Positions 49,791-63,575 of a stretch of 64,000 bases of DNA are shown in pieces. The first letter of the stretch is position 1. Every line of letters starts with the position of its first letter. The stretch comes from Lama guanicoe (Eukaryota). The DNA lies in the NCBI GenBank assembly GCA_013239625.1, contig MU053304.1:620001-684000 (forward strand), written 5' to 3'. The notes under the pieces were generated by a model. It saw nothing but the letters and a program-made list of their open reading frames with translations. It searched no databases and had not been told where the DNA came from. The position numbers were made by a program, and so were the translations under genes.

Positions 49791-50435
49791 TACTCAGCTC
49801 CCAACCCCAGCCCTCTGACCCTCAGGCTGGGTGCTCACCTCAATGCTGACTGTACATTCCCCATTGTAAGTGACCCCACAATCCACACCCCTCCCCCCAG
49901 GGCTGTGAATTGGCATTGGGATAACGTTGAAGCAGGTAGCTTGGATCCTAACGTCTGTTGCTGTCCCATCAACCGCCAGGCACTCCCCTGCAGACCCTAC
50001 TGGTTCTTCAGGCGCTTGGAGCAAACTCCAGCATCTGTGGGTAGACCCAGATTCCTGACTGGTGACTTGTGGAAGGACAACAGGTGGCCACCTCCACCAC
50101 CTCCTGCCCTTTGCCTCCCCCTACTGGGCACCACGTGGAAGTGGGTACCCTGAGCCACATCCTTCAGCCTGAATCCTGCTCCATGTTGACTTAGCCTGTG
50201 GGGGTTTAGAATTGGGAGGACTGACCAAATGACCGAGCATGGCCCAGAGCTCCCCATCCCTCCCAACCATAGGCTGATGGGGGCAGATGGGTGTGGAAGC
50301 CGATTCAGTGGACTGAGGAGTGAATGGGAAATGGGAAGGGAGGCAGGAAGTAGGTGATGCTCTCAGAGACCTGGGCACCAAGGGTCAGAGTAGACAGCAG
50401 TAGATGAAGAGGATCATAGGATTGAAGGAAGGTTT

Positions 50436-50944
50436 TGTTACCGAGTCCAAACTTGTTCTGCTCACTGCAAGACAGGTCAAAAAATTGGGAGATGAGGTGT
50501 TGGAGCAAGGAATAACGACTTTATTTGGAAAGCGAGCAGACCAAGAAGACGGCAAGCTAACATCCTGAAGGACCATCTTCCTCCAAGTCAGAATTGAGGC
50601 TCCTTTTATACTAAAAAGGGGAAGGGGCGTGGCTGGCCATTGCAAACTTCTTGGTGTCTGAATCCTATGTTCTTGCAGCTGTCTACTAGGTCAGGTCATG
50701 GTGTTCCTCCAATAAAACAAATGTTATTTTCTTTTCTGCAACTTTTTATCTTTATATGAATGGAAAGTGTTATACCTTTAAAGGTCAGAGCCTTGCGAAT
50801 GGGCTTTCCTATATATTTCAGGCTCTAAGCAACATTCTTTTACAAAAGGTGCTGAGCCAGCATGACTCAGCACGGGAAACAGCACAGGGTTAAAGTCAAA
50901 GGAACAGATTGAATATGTAGTCAGATTTGTTCTTCTCTATTACA
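50436..50944 (-). mobile_element. Solo ERV1-class LTR
   Basis: TG…CA termini; perfect 4-bp TSD GTTT; TATAAAA and AATAAA on the minus strand. Confidence 0.8.
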
Positions 50945-51440
50945 GTTTTAGTTTTTGTTTGTTTTTAATGTGTGAGAGACTTGGGTCTATATAAACAGCC
51001 ATTGAGAAGGGGTAGGGGGGCAATAGACAGATGTGGACCACAGAGGGGAGAGTGTTCCTGAGGGGCTTGGGTTGGTGGGCTCTCAGTCTTGGGTGGAAGG
51101 GCTGCCCTAGAGAGGACGGAGGGTGGGTCTCCCACTTTAAACAGAAAGTGCTCCCCTATGAGTCCTGCCATGCCCTTGTGAATTAAAAAACAAAGTCATC
51201 TGATGAGAAGTGGAGAGATGTCAGAGTCAGAGGTTTGAGAAGAGTGGATAAGGTCTCAGATAGGCTGTTGCATAGGAAGCATGGAAAGAGACTCAAATGC
51301 TCAGGAGAACTTGGTATATAATTAACACGACTTGTCAGGTTGGTGGAGGAAAGATGAACTGCTGTTGGGACAGCTGGATAAGCATCAGCAGAGACAAAAC
51401 ATTGTACCTCGTGCCTTATGTTAATATAAGTTTCTTCTTC

Positions 51441-51836
51441 TAAATGAAGTAAGCCAGAAAGAGAAAGAAAAATACCATATGAGATCGCTCATATTTGGAG
51501 TCTAAAAAAAAAAAATAACATAAATACAAAACAGAAACAGACTCATAGACATAGAATACAAACTTGTGGTTGCCAGCGGGGAAGGGGGTGGGAACGGACA
51601 GACTGGGAATTCGAAGTTTGTAGATACTGACAAGTATATATAGAATAGATAAACAAGATTATACTGTATAGCGCAGGGAAATATATACAAGATCTTGTGG
51701 TAGCTCACAGTGAAAAAGTATGCGACAATGAATATATGTATGTTTGTGTATAAGTGAAAAATTATGCTCTACACTGGAATTTGACACAACATTGTAAAAT
51801 GACTATAACTTAGTAAAAAAAAGTTAAAAAAAATAA
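51441..51836 (+). mobile_element. Young L1 3'UTR fragment, same family as 8607-9365
   Basis: Closely similar to the reverse complement of 8640-9050; flanking repeat ataagtttc. Confidence 0.85.
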
Positions 51837-54699
51837 AATAAGTTTCAGGTGAATCAAAGACACTGACATGAACAGTGAAATATTAAAGTACTAGAAAAAA
51901 TAAGGTAAAATTTGTTTTATAACCTCAGAGTTGGAAAGGACTTTCTATGAATGACATGGAGTCTAAAAGCCATAAAAGAAAAGATGAGTAATTAACATAA
52001 AAATAAAATATTACTGCATTATGGAAAAATCATGAGAAAAGATGAAAGGTAAATGACAAATAGAAAAGTATTTGCACAGCATAACAGAACATGAGATTAA
52101 TATAGAAACTGGAGATGTGCAGAAGCATTGGAGGGGCTGGGAGAGGAAAGGATGGGAAGACACTGGAAGTGAGGGGATGGCAGGGATGGTGCGGAAGGCA
52201 CCACCAGTGATCCCAGGTGCCAGCAGGACCAGGACCAAAGCAGGTGACCCCCAGAAGCAGGTGACCCCCAGGAAGACACCTGGAGCTTCTGGAAGCTGTC
52301 ACCAAGGATCTCAGCCGCCTATAGCACTGAAATGGGGGCCTTGCAAGGTGGGAGGGGTGCCCAGAGCCAAGAAAAAATACCAGCAGTGATTTTCACTGCT
52401 TACCCACGGCTGCTCCTGGAGAGCAGTTGCTTCTACTTCCTTCAACCTTCTGAACCTGGTGAGGGTGTCCCTCATGGGCAGAATTCAGCCTAGAACGTAC
52501 TAGAAAGGGATTCTGGAAATTCAGGGGAGATGTAAAAGGGGATGATGTGATGATGTTATGTTTCAATGATTGATCTAGCATGGACATTAGAGAGGCTGGT
52601 TGTACACATCAGGGTTCGTTCCTAGAATGGAACACCAAGCAGTTTCCAATGAAATGTGGCAACTCTACCAGACTGATGCGGAATAATCTTTCAGCTTCAC
52701 TTTTAAGAGCAAAAGCAAAATGTGGCAAGCCTAGTGTGCTTCAATTTGTGTAAAAAAGACGGTAACAGCTCCATATGCATTTGCATAAATTATCTCGAAA
52801 GCATCCATAGAGCCAGGTGGCAGTGGTGGCCTCATCGGATGGGAAGGTAGTAGCTGGGGAGGAACAGGAACTTTTATTCACTGTATTGTCTTTTGTAATT
52901 TTGTGTGACATGTACATATTCAAAAGTAAGTAAAATGGTTAAAAAGCAAATGACCAAAAAGAGAAACAAAGCAAATTCCTAATAAGATAGATGGGAGCCT
53001 GGAGGCCCCCCAGCCAGCCCCAGCTGGATTTGCCGGGGGTTCCTCTGCGTGGCTTTTTCTGCCCAATGACTGTCAGCAGCACTGGTGGCCAGAGCAGGGG
53101 CTCTTGGAATCTGAGGAAGCCTAGACAGGTCTGGGGACAGAGCCTGGGCCCAGGGACAAAGCCGGCCCCCCCCACCTGGATGTCAGCGTTCGCCAGCCTG
53201 GCCCCCAGGTGGGGCACAGGGCCAAGAAACAAGCGCTTCCCAAAATACCAGGCGCTTTGAAAGTTCTGCCTGAAGCAAGTATCTCCAGGCCAGGAGCTTG
53301 GGGTCGCTGTAAGCCGCTGCTTTTCCTGCAACACCAGTGAGGTGCGCCTGGCCTTCTGCTGGCCGAGGACCACAGTGAAGACAGGCAGGTCCTCTAGCTG
53401 TAACCTGGAAGGGTGGCTGCTGGTTTGGGGACAGGAGAATTTGGCCAGCTGCAAGGATGCTGGGGCCCAAGCCCTGCCTTCCACCCTAGTCCCTCAGTCT
53501 AGGTGTCCCTTTACGAGTTCACGCTCTTTGTCGGCTTCTTAATTTTTTTTTTTTCATTTTTAAAGACATGCCTGAAAATGCTTTTGTTGTCTCGGCTTTA
53601 GACATACCTTGTTCTATCTAGCACACATTCTGAGTTTTTTCTGTTAAATTGGCTTATATTTTTCAATTGTCTATCCAATTACTTTATTAATTATTTCACT
53701 TTTACATCTTCCTTTTTTGTTGAATCTTGTATGTTCTTTCAAAACTTGAAAAATTAAATACTTTAGCTGAATTATTATTTTTCCTTTAAATTTCTGAGCG
53801 TCTGGTTTCCAGGGTTGAATTATTCACCTGGGCCAAGGATCATGGGGTTGCAGGGACACATGGCTGGAAGGACTTGGGGGTCTCCAACCTGATATCAGAA
53901 GGAACGGTCCCTCCTTTCAGGCCTGGGGGTGGGAGGCACAGGCAACTGCCCTCTTCTCCCCACCCTTGACATCTCTCACCTGCGATTCCTCAGATTTCCT
54001 GCCCCTCCCCTGACTCCACAACACCTCCCCGTCCAGTGCCCACAGGTTCTAGAAGCGCAAAAGGTTGACATGTGAATATACTTCTATCCAGTGTCTTTCT
54101 TTGCGACTCTCCCTATTGCTTTATGCAGAGAACAACAACGACATGTCCATGGACAGGTCCCACTGTTTTTGTGACCTCATTATTATTTTTTACCTTTGTC
54201 CTTTAAGTCTCGGATTTTATTCTGTTATATATTATCCTTGTTATTTTCCAAATAATCATGTCTTAGAACCATTTATTGCAAGAACAGTCTCTTGCTCACT
54301 AATTTGCAGTTCCTCCATGGTTATATTTATAGGTAATCCTGATTATCCCAGGGTCAGTTTCTGAGCTGTTAAGTATCATTAACCTGACTATGTATTATTG
54401 TACCAGACAATATTAACTACTTTAGTAGTTAATGTGTAATGGGTTTTTAATCTGGTAAAGCTAGTTTCCTTCCTTTTCAAATGTTCTTAACTAGCCTTGA
54501 TTGTTTATTCTTTCAGATGGTTTTAATTTTATTTTATTTTTAATTGAAGTATAGTCAGTTATAATGTGTCAATTTCTGGTGTATCAAATGGCTTTTTAAA
54601 ACTTTGTCAAATTCTCAAAAAAAATTAAAAGAAATTTTGTCATTAAAATTAGTTTAATTTTCTTCTTGGAGAGGCCATACAAATAATGATTTAAAAAAA

Positions 54700-56050
54700 T
54701 GAAGAAACACTGATTTAGATTCATACCTTGGACCCATTAAAAAGAAACACCAAGTGGATCTTGGACCTAAATTAAAACCTAGACCTAAACCTTACAGAAG
54801 AAAACAAATTTTTTTGTAGTCTTATGTTGGGCAAGGATTTTGTAAATATGACAAAAAAATGATTCATAAAAAGAAAGAAAAAAACTTTAAATAAGTTGGA
54901 TTCTGTCAACATTATAAACTTCTGCTCTTCAAAAGTTTGGGAGAAATTTTGCATCACATTTATCTGATAAAGGACTTGCATCCAGAATACACCAAGAACT
55001 CTCAAAACTCAATAATAAGGAAAAAAGTGGAACTTAAAACACGGCAAAAGACATTAATAGCACTTCATCAAAGAAGATACACGGATGGCAAAGATGCACA
55101 TGAAAAGTTGCTTGTGGGGAGGGTATAGCCCAGTGGTAGAGCACGTGCTTAGCATGCATAAGGTCCTGGTTTCAGCCCTCAGTACAACCACTAATAAATA
55201 AATAAACCTAATTACCTCCCCCGCAAAAAGACAAACAAAAAAAAAGATGCTCAACATCACTAGTCAGTAGCAAAATGCAAATTAAAAGTCCAAGGAGGTA
55301 ACATTATATACTTACTAGAATGGTTAAAATTAAAAAAAAATTTAAAAACTGACCTTATTAAAAAAAAAACTGACCTTACTAAGTGCTGACAAGCATGTGG
55401 AAAAAGTGGAACCTTCCTACATTGCTGGCAAGAATGTAAAATGACACAGCTACTTTGGAAAAAAGTTTTGCAGTTTCCGAAAAAGCTGAACTTACATCTA
55501 CCATATGATCCACTCATTCTACTCCTAGGTACTTAACCCAAGAGAAAAGAACACATGTCCATGCAGATTTGTACATCTATGTTCATAGCAACCTTACTTC
55601 AAATATCCTTAAACTGGAAGCAACCAAATACCCATCAAGAGATAAATGAACGAAACCAACTGTGGTATATACCCATACAGTGAAACACTGCTCAGTAAGA
55701 AAAGGAACTACTGATACACAACAATGGGTGAATCTCTAAATAATCACGCTGGGTGAAGGCAGCCAGACAAAAAAAGAGCAAAAAAGAGGATGATTCCATT
55801 TATATAAAATTCCAGAACATGCAGTTTGATCGATGATGATAAGAAGCAAATCAGTGCTTCCCAAAGAAGAAGAGGGGGAGGCATAGCAGGAGAAAAGAGG
55901 GAGAGATTATTTAGAAGTATGCGTTAACTTGGGAGTGATGAATACGTCCACTATCTTGATTGCGGTCATGGTTTCACATGTGTGTGCATGTCCTGCTTAA
56001 CACATTATACACTTTTAACGTGTAAAATGTATCGTATGTCAAAATGCTTC
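54700..56050 (+). mobile_element. Old L1 3' portion with an inserted SINE
   Basis: ORF2 tail and 3'UTR text. Confidence 0.75.
55113..55240 (+). mobile_element. tRNA-derived SINE (Vic-1-type)
   Basis: GGGGAGGGTATAGC…CATGCATAAGGTCCTGG, (TAAA)n, TSD aaaag(t/a)tgct. Confidence 0.85.
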
Positions 56051-58064
56051 AATAATGAAAAAATATGAAAATGAATATATGTACGTATATATATGACTGA
56101 AACATTATGCTGTGCACCAGAAATTGACACATTGTAGACTGACTTTATTTCAATTAAAAAAAAACACTTCAATAATACTGTAAAAGACCCCCCAAATTTT
56201 GGTTAGAATTGTGTTAAAACCTGAACATTACCTTGTAAAGACTGAAATTCTTACAATATTCACTTTGCCATCCTGGAACATGTATTTTATATCACTAAGA
56301 GAAAATTTTATATTTCTTCATATATCTCTCTTACATTAATTATTAAGGTTACTCTTAATAATTTGGGGGAGTTATTTTGATGGAGTCTTGCCCATCATTT
56401 ATCTAATCTATTGGTTGTTATTAACATAAGAAAACATTTCTGTTCTTCCTATATGAGTGCTAATCTTGAGTTTAGCCTCTTTGCCACACTGTCACAATTG
56501 ATTTGGGATTTTTTTTGATAGTAACCAATCATATCATCTGCAAAGAATCCAACTTCCTTTTCACGAATTATACTTATGTCTGTTTTATTTTCATATCTTT
56601 TTACAGAGTGACCTTCTAGACCTAGTTAGTTCATGACTGTGGGATGAGCACATGTGCTTTGCCCTTGATCTTGATGAGAACCACTCTAGTGTTTTACTGT
56701 TACAAGTAAGTACTGTTACTTACTTTTGGGTTAAAATTAATGCTTAATAAATCTTTTACTAGGAACTGTGTGAAGCAGACGTTAAAGTGGAAAGACTGGG
56801 ATAATGAACCTCTTAGCCTTCACCCTAGCTTTGCCCAATCTCACTTCATCTGTCTTTCATTCTCTTCTCTCTCTCCTCTCTGGATAATTTTGAAACATAC
56901 TCCCAATGTTCCATTATTTTGTCCACAAATACTTCAATATGTATCTTTAAAAGTTAATGAAAAAAACCCTGTTTAGCCATTACCACATCTTAAAAATTAA
57001 ACATTAATTCCTGAATAGCATCAAATATTTAGTCAGTGTTCAAATTTTCCTGACTATCTTGCTGTTTTTTAAACTTGGCTTATTTAGATCTGCACACATG
57101 GCTCTGAGGTCTCTTTTAATCTATGGATTCTCCTTCCCTCTTTTCATTTTTCTTGCTTGTTTGTTCATTGAAGACACCAGGTAATTTGCCCTGGAAGAAT
57201 TGCATATTCTTGGTTTTGCTCTGGTGATATTTACCATGTTCCTCTGTCCCCTTGTTTATTTGGAGAATTTACCATATGGAGGGAGTTTCAATTTTAGGGG
57301 CAAGTATACATCAGGCTGGTGTCATGGGGCAGGTGGCTGGGAGCCAGACGCTGAGAGGAGATTTGCAAAGGTTTTGGGGAGGGCTCTCAGGATCAAGGTC
57401 TCCAAGTGGGTGGGGGAGGTGAGATGGGGCAGAAGGAACAGTTGAAATAGAGGTCTCAGTTGACCACGGGGAGCTCTGGAGCTGGGATAGCCCTTCAGAA
57501 TTGTTCTGATTGGAGGCAAGGGGTGGGGCTTCTGTATCCTCTCATTGGCCAGAATTCAGGGCAGGAGTGTAACCCAAAGTTAGCCCGCAGGGAGGGACCC
57601 GGGTGTCAGCAACAGGCAAGACCATATTTCCAGCAGCTGGGGAATGCCTGCCACAGTCTTAGATATGGCACCTGAGTGGCATTCCAATTGATACTTATCT
57701 CATCACATGGAGGGTGGAGTGGGGGACATATAGTCTCTGGTTGCCTTTCTTATGATGTTAAGATTGATCAGTGGGTTCCGCTCTTGCCAGCCTGATCTAT
57801 CCATCACAAGCTTCCCATCAGCTTTTCCTCAGTGGTTTAAGCAACCACTGAAGATCATGGTTTAGATCTGTTATTTCATGACGCATTGGGAAATGAGGAT
57901 ATTCTAGTTCTAGTGTTCTTTCTTCATTTAAAAGCTGCAAGTCTTCTATAAGGAAGAAATTTTCCTTATAAACTCTTTGGTTATCCGGAGGTAGAATTCA
58001 TATGGAATAGGAGAACAAGTGCTTTATTCTGTTCCTTGATTTTCCAATTAAAATAGACCTAGTG

Positions 58065-58228
58065 ATGCTGAAGCTTCTAGTCTTTGGATCACACCTTGAT
58101 CAGCAGCTCAGCATCACTGGAGATGTTGTTGGAACTGCAGACTCGCAAGCCTATACCAGACCTAAAGAATGAGGGTTTGCAATTCAATAAAATTCCTTGG
58201 TGATCTGTATCTCCATTAACAGTTGAAA
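58065..58228. mobile_element. MER5A-like MITE
   Basis: cagcatcactggag…tgcagactc…ccagacct…gtgatctgtat. Confidence 0.55.
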
Positions 58229-58349
58229 AAGTTTTTAGAATATTTTCCCTTACATGCATCCATAAGTATTCAATTCAGTACTGCCTGCTGAATTTTATCA
58301 AGCACCTTTTCATCGTGGTATTGAGATGATCACCACTGTTGATCATTTG

Positions 58350-59560
58350 CTTAATGTTGAACTGTATATTTTTGTTGTTTCATGTATCAATATCCTTTTT
58401 CTCAGTAGTATTTCACTGCACGGAGATTCCACAGTTTATTTATCCATTTGTCTGTTGGTGGACACTTGGTTTGTTTTCAGTTTTTGACAATTACAAGTAA
58501 AGCTCCATGAGTATTTGTGTACAAGTTTCCACTTTTCTTGGGTAAATACTGAAGTGTGGAATGGCTAAGTCATGGATCTATATTTAATTTTAAAAGAAAC
58601 TTCCAATATATTTTTTTCAAATTGATCCTCAAAAATGTTGTTCAGATATAAATTTTCACCAGCATTATGTAACAACACCCATTTCACTACACTCATGTCA
58701 ACTCTGGATACATTTCTTTTAAAAATTATCTATCTGTTGATCTGCCTATTACTGTAGGTGAATATGCTTTACATAAAATGTACCATTTTAACCTTTTAAA
58801 AGTGTACAGGTTAGTGGCATTAAGTAGCATCAAAATATTGTGCAATTATCACCACTATTCACCTCCAGAACTTTTTCATTTTCCCCAGTACAAATTCTGT
58901 ACCTGTAAAACACTAACTCTTCTCTCCCCACCTCCCCTGGTAACCTTTACTCTCTGTCTCTATGAATTTGACTACTCTAGTTACTTCATGTAAGTGGAAT
59001 CATATGATATTTGTCTTTTTGTGTCTAATTCATTTCACTTAGCACAATGTCTTCAAGGTTCATCTATGTTGTCACAGGTACTATGTTGCAGCAGTTTCAT
59101 TCCTTTTTATGGGTGAATAATATTCCATTGACCATACACCATATCTGCTGATGGACATTTGGGCTGTTTCCATGTTTTGGCTTTGTGAATAATGCTGCTA
59201 TGAACACTGATGTACAAGTGTCTGTTAGAGTCCTTATTTTCAATTCTTTTGGAATTGATGTAAAATTGTTGGATCAAATGAGGATCAAATGGTTTCTGAA
59301 GAATAGCTGAATGGTTTTCCATAGTGGCCGAGTCATTTTACACCAGCAATGCACAAGCGTTTCAATTTCTCCATATCCTTGCCAACACTTGTTATTTTCT
59401 ATTTTTTTGTGATAACAGCCATCTTAATGAGATGCTTAAGTGCTATCTCGTGGGTTTGATTTGCATTTCCCTAATGACTAGTGATATTAAATATCTTTTC
59501 ATGTGCTTACTGGCTATTTGCTTATCTTCTTTGGAGCAAAATCTATTCAGATCCTTTGCC
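58350..59560 (-). mobile_element. L1 3' end fragments
   Basis: Typical L1M 3'UTR and ORF2-tail text. Confidence 0.7.
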
Positions 59561-61430
59561 CTTGAACTATATTTTTAATGTCCTACCAAACTGGATTCTC
59601 TAATATTTCACTTATGATGTTTGCACCTAGTGGACCCACTTAATCTGCTCCCAAATTCCTCAGATATTTATCATTTTAAACTGTTAAGTTTTGGTATAAT
59701 TTGTTATGCAGCAGTAGATAACTAACACAGGTTCAGTTCTGGAAAGCAGGCCCCCTTTTTGTGCAAAGAAAATAGAAATTCCTACTCCCTTTCTTCTGCC
59801 CTGGGTTCCTCCTTCCTTCACTCCAAATATGGTTTTGAAGCCACAACTCCAGATTTGCTCAGCCCCAGGGAAAGTTATATGAACTCTATTTAAATTGGGG
59901 TTCAGCCACAAATGAACAATCCTGTTGGACTTTGGTGGGCAGGGAATGGAAGCCAGATTGCAAGAAGGCTCAACAGCACCCAGGAGAAGAAAATCTCGTT
60001 AAGGAAGGGGTTTGGTGGAGGGTGAAGGCTTATCTGGGAAGCATCTGATCTTGGGCAGAATGTGAGGGTGAACTTTAATCCATCTCAGCCTGGGTTTTAT
60101 AGGCTGAATCTATCCTCCGCTCACTGCTCTCTTTCACTGTAATCCTGTACAGGCCATGTGGACCAAGTGGGGCTGACCCGGCCTTTGGTCTTCATGATGT
60201 CCTGATTAGAGGACTCCATTCTCCCTGCTACGGACACTGATTCAGGCTTGGAGTTAGAGTTTCCCCTTGAGTTTTTGCTGGAAATATCAGAAAAGACACT
60301 CTTTCTTCTTTTTCTTTTGGGAATGTGAGTTGTAAAGACCACAGAATTTCTGAAGCCGCCTGGGACCGTCTTTACCCCCATCTGGAGGAAGCCTGCTAGA
60401 AAATCAAGTCAACTCACAGTAAACAAGAACTAACAGATGAGGAACAATCATTTAAACACCTGGACCCAGCCATGCCTGAAGCCCAGATTTGTTGCATCCA
60501 CCAAAAGTTGTTTTCTCTTGAGTTAGTTTGAAGTTGGGTTTCAGTCAGTTACCAGTGAATAGGAGAAAGTTTTGTGGCAAAACTGAAAAAATCATATTCT
60601 CTCAGGGACCCAAGCAACCCTACTGTGGTATCCACCACTCTAGGAAGAGAAAAAGTTATGAAAAGGGGAGAGGCATCTCAGTTAGGTGAGAAAGCTGGGA
60701 GTGGGAGACAGTGGGAGGAGCTGCAATCTCAAGGGGAAGGATGAACTCTGCCTAGTCCATTCTCTGTCCCCAAGGCCTAACAGAGTCAGCCTTAGCATGC
60801 AAAAATCCCCAAGAGGGCCTTCTTGTCCATAGCTGTTCAGCAATGCCCATGGGCTATGAGGGTGGTCCTGCAGGGTCAGAGGCCCTCCGTAGCAGTATGG
60901 GCACAGGGTGGTGAGTGAGCATGTTATCCATGTGGAAAGTCAATGAGACCAGTGAGGAAGACAGCCTGCAAAGCCTAGCTGCGGTGAGAGTCATTCAGAA
61001 GATGAGCTGCCTGGGGATCCCAGGGATAATTCTGAAAAGAGAAGGCTGGGTCCGTCCTTGACAAGGGGAACTATTAATCAACAGGATTTAGGGACAAATG
61101 GAAAGCCAAGTACCGGGCACTGTAACACCCAGAGACAAGAGCAGTTCTGGCTGCCTGCTGTGCTCTGTTTGCTGGGCTTGGGACTGGGTTTCTACTGTCT
61201 TCATAAAACGAGTTGGAGAGCTTGTCATTCTTTTCCATGTCAGAAATAGGTTACATAGGCTGGAATAAGTTGTTTCCTGGAAGTCTGAAAGAATTTATTG
61301 CCCGAATGATTTGGGGGAGGTGATTCTTTGATAATGCTTTCAGATTCTTCCTTGTTTATGGGAGCGTATGGGTTTCTTTTTGAGTCTATTACTTTTGTTT
61401 ATTAATTTGAACTATACCTTTCAATATGAT

Positions 61431-62496
61431 TTTCTTAGAACAAACAATTCCAAAATTCATATGGAACCATAAAAGACCTTGAATTGCCAAAGCAATCTTT
61501 TGTAGGCCTTTTTATCCTCTTTCTTCTTTTTGTTCTCTTTTCTTGTGGTTCGATAACTAGATCCTTTAACATTTGTTGTAAAGCTGGTTTAGCGGTGCTG
61601 AATTCTTTTAGCTTTTGTTTACCTGTGAAGCTTTTGATTTTTCCTTCAAATCTGAACGAGAGCCTTGCTGGATAGAGTATTCTTGGTTGTAGGTTTTTCC
61701 CTCTCTTCACTTTAAATATATCCTGCCACTCCCTTCTGGCCTGTAGAGTTTCTCCTAAAAAATCAGCTGATAACCTTATGGGAGTTCTGTTGTATGTTAT
61801 TTGCTGCTTTTCTCTTGCTGATTTTAATATTTTCTCCTTATCTTTAATTTTTGGCAATTTGATGCCTATGTGCCTTGGCGTGTTCCTCTTTGGGATGATC
61901 CTGTGTGGAGCTCCCTGTGCCTCCTGGACTTGGGCGACTGTTTCCTTTCCCAAGTTAGGGAAGTTTTTGGTCAATATCTCTTCAAAATTTTTCTCAGGTC
62001 CTTTCTCTCTCTCTTCTCTTTCTGGGACCCCTAAAATGCAAATATTAGTGCATTTCATGTTGTCCCAGAGTTCTCTTAAACTATCCTCATTTCTTTTTAC
62101 TTTTTTCTGTTCTGCAGTAGTGATTTCCACTAATCTGTCTTCTAACTCACTGATCCGTTCTTCTGCCTCATTTAGTCTATTTTTGGTTCCTTCTAATGTG
62201 TTATTCATTTCAGTGATTTTATTCTTCAACTTTGGGTATGCTTTATATTTTCCAGCTCTTTGCTAAAAACTTCGCTCTGCACATCTATTCTCCTCTTGAG
62301 TTCTCTGAACATCTTTGTCATCGTTATTCTAAACTCTTTCTCGAATAAATTGCCTATCTCCTCATCACTTGTTTCTTCTTCTGGGATTTTATCTTGTGCC
62401 TTGGCCTGGAAGATATTCCTCTGCCACATCATATTGCCTATCTTTTTATTTGTATTTTTAGGTAGGTTAATTATGTTTCTCAATCTTGTAGAAGTG
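61431..62496 (-). mobile_element. Atypical L1 insert: complete ORF1 (one frameshift, minus strand) joined to a ~63-bp ORF2 piece in the opposite orientation
   Basis: ORF1 peptides 62226-62504 and 61435-62229 (…PIRLSADF…ILYPARLSF); + strand LEQTIPKFIWNHKRP at 61435-98; TSD cctttcaata(t/a)gat. Confidence 0.85.
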
Positions 62497-62714
62497 CCTT
62501 TCAATAAGATGTTAAAACTCTATTCACGTAGTCATATGAGAATTATGTTTTCTTTTTTTTTGTTTCCTCCCTTTCATTTTTAAAGAAAAACTTGACTTAT
62601 TCTTTTTCAAAAGTTTCCATATTAATCTTACATCTGCTTTAATTATATCAGCTTGCTAATTATATTTGTCTTTTCCTATATTAAACTTCTCATGGGTCTA
62701 GCTATCTCAATGCT

Positions 62715-63575
62715 TTATTTTGTTTATTTATTTTATTGAAGTGTCATTGACCTATGACACTATATGAGTTCCAAGTGCACAGTATAGTGATTTAATGTTT
62801 CTCTACATTACAAAATGACCACCACGATGTATCTAGTTACCTTTTGTCATTTTACAAAAGTACCATGATATTATTGACCATATTCCCATGCTCTGCATTT
62901 CATCCCCATTACTTGTTTATTTTGTAACTGGAAGTTTGTGCCTCTTAATTTTCCTCATCTGTTTCTTTCCTCCCCCAACCTCCTCCCCTCTGGCAACCAC
63001 CAGTTTATTCTCTGTATTTATAAGTCTGTTCTGTTATGTTTGTTTTATTTATTTTATTTTTTTAGATCCCACATATAAGTGAAAACATACAGTATTTGTC
63101 TTTCTCTGTCTGACTTATTTCACATAGCATAATACCTTCTCTGTCCATCCATGTTGTCACAAATAGTAAGATTTCATTCTTATTTATGATTGAGTACTAT
63201 GCCACTGTATGTATAGACCACATCTTCTTTACTCATCTGTCAATGGGCATTTAGGTTCTTTACATATGTTGGCTATTGTAAATAATGCTTCAGTGAACTC
63301 AGGGATGTATATATCTTTTCAAATTGGTGTTTTTGTTTTCTTTGGAAAAATACCCAGAAGTGGAATTGCTAGACTATATGGTACTTCTATTTCTAATTTT
63401 TAAAGGAACCTCTATACTGTTTTCCATAGTGGCTGCACCAATTTACATTCCCATCAACAATGCACAAGGGTTTATTTTTCTCCACACCCTTGCCAACACT
63501 TTTATTTAGTGTCTCTTTGATAACAGCCATTCTGACAGATATGAGGTGATACCTCACTGTGATTTTGATTTGTCA
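62715..63575 (-). mobile_element. L1 3' end (L1MA-like)
   Basis: T-rich start, L1 3'UTR and ORF2 tail. Confidence 0.85.

Noticed and set aside
52939..53542. 181-aa ORF cluster in a GC-richer unique region
   Set aside because: No recognisable domain, splice pattern or codon bias.
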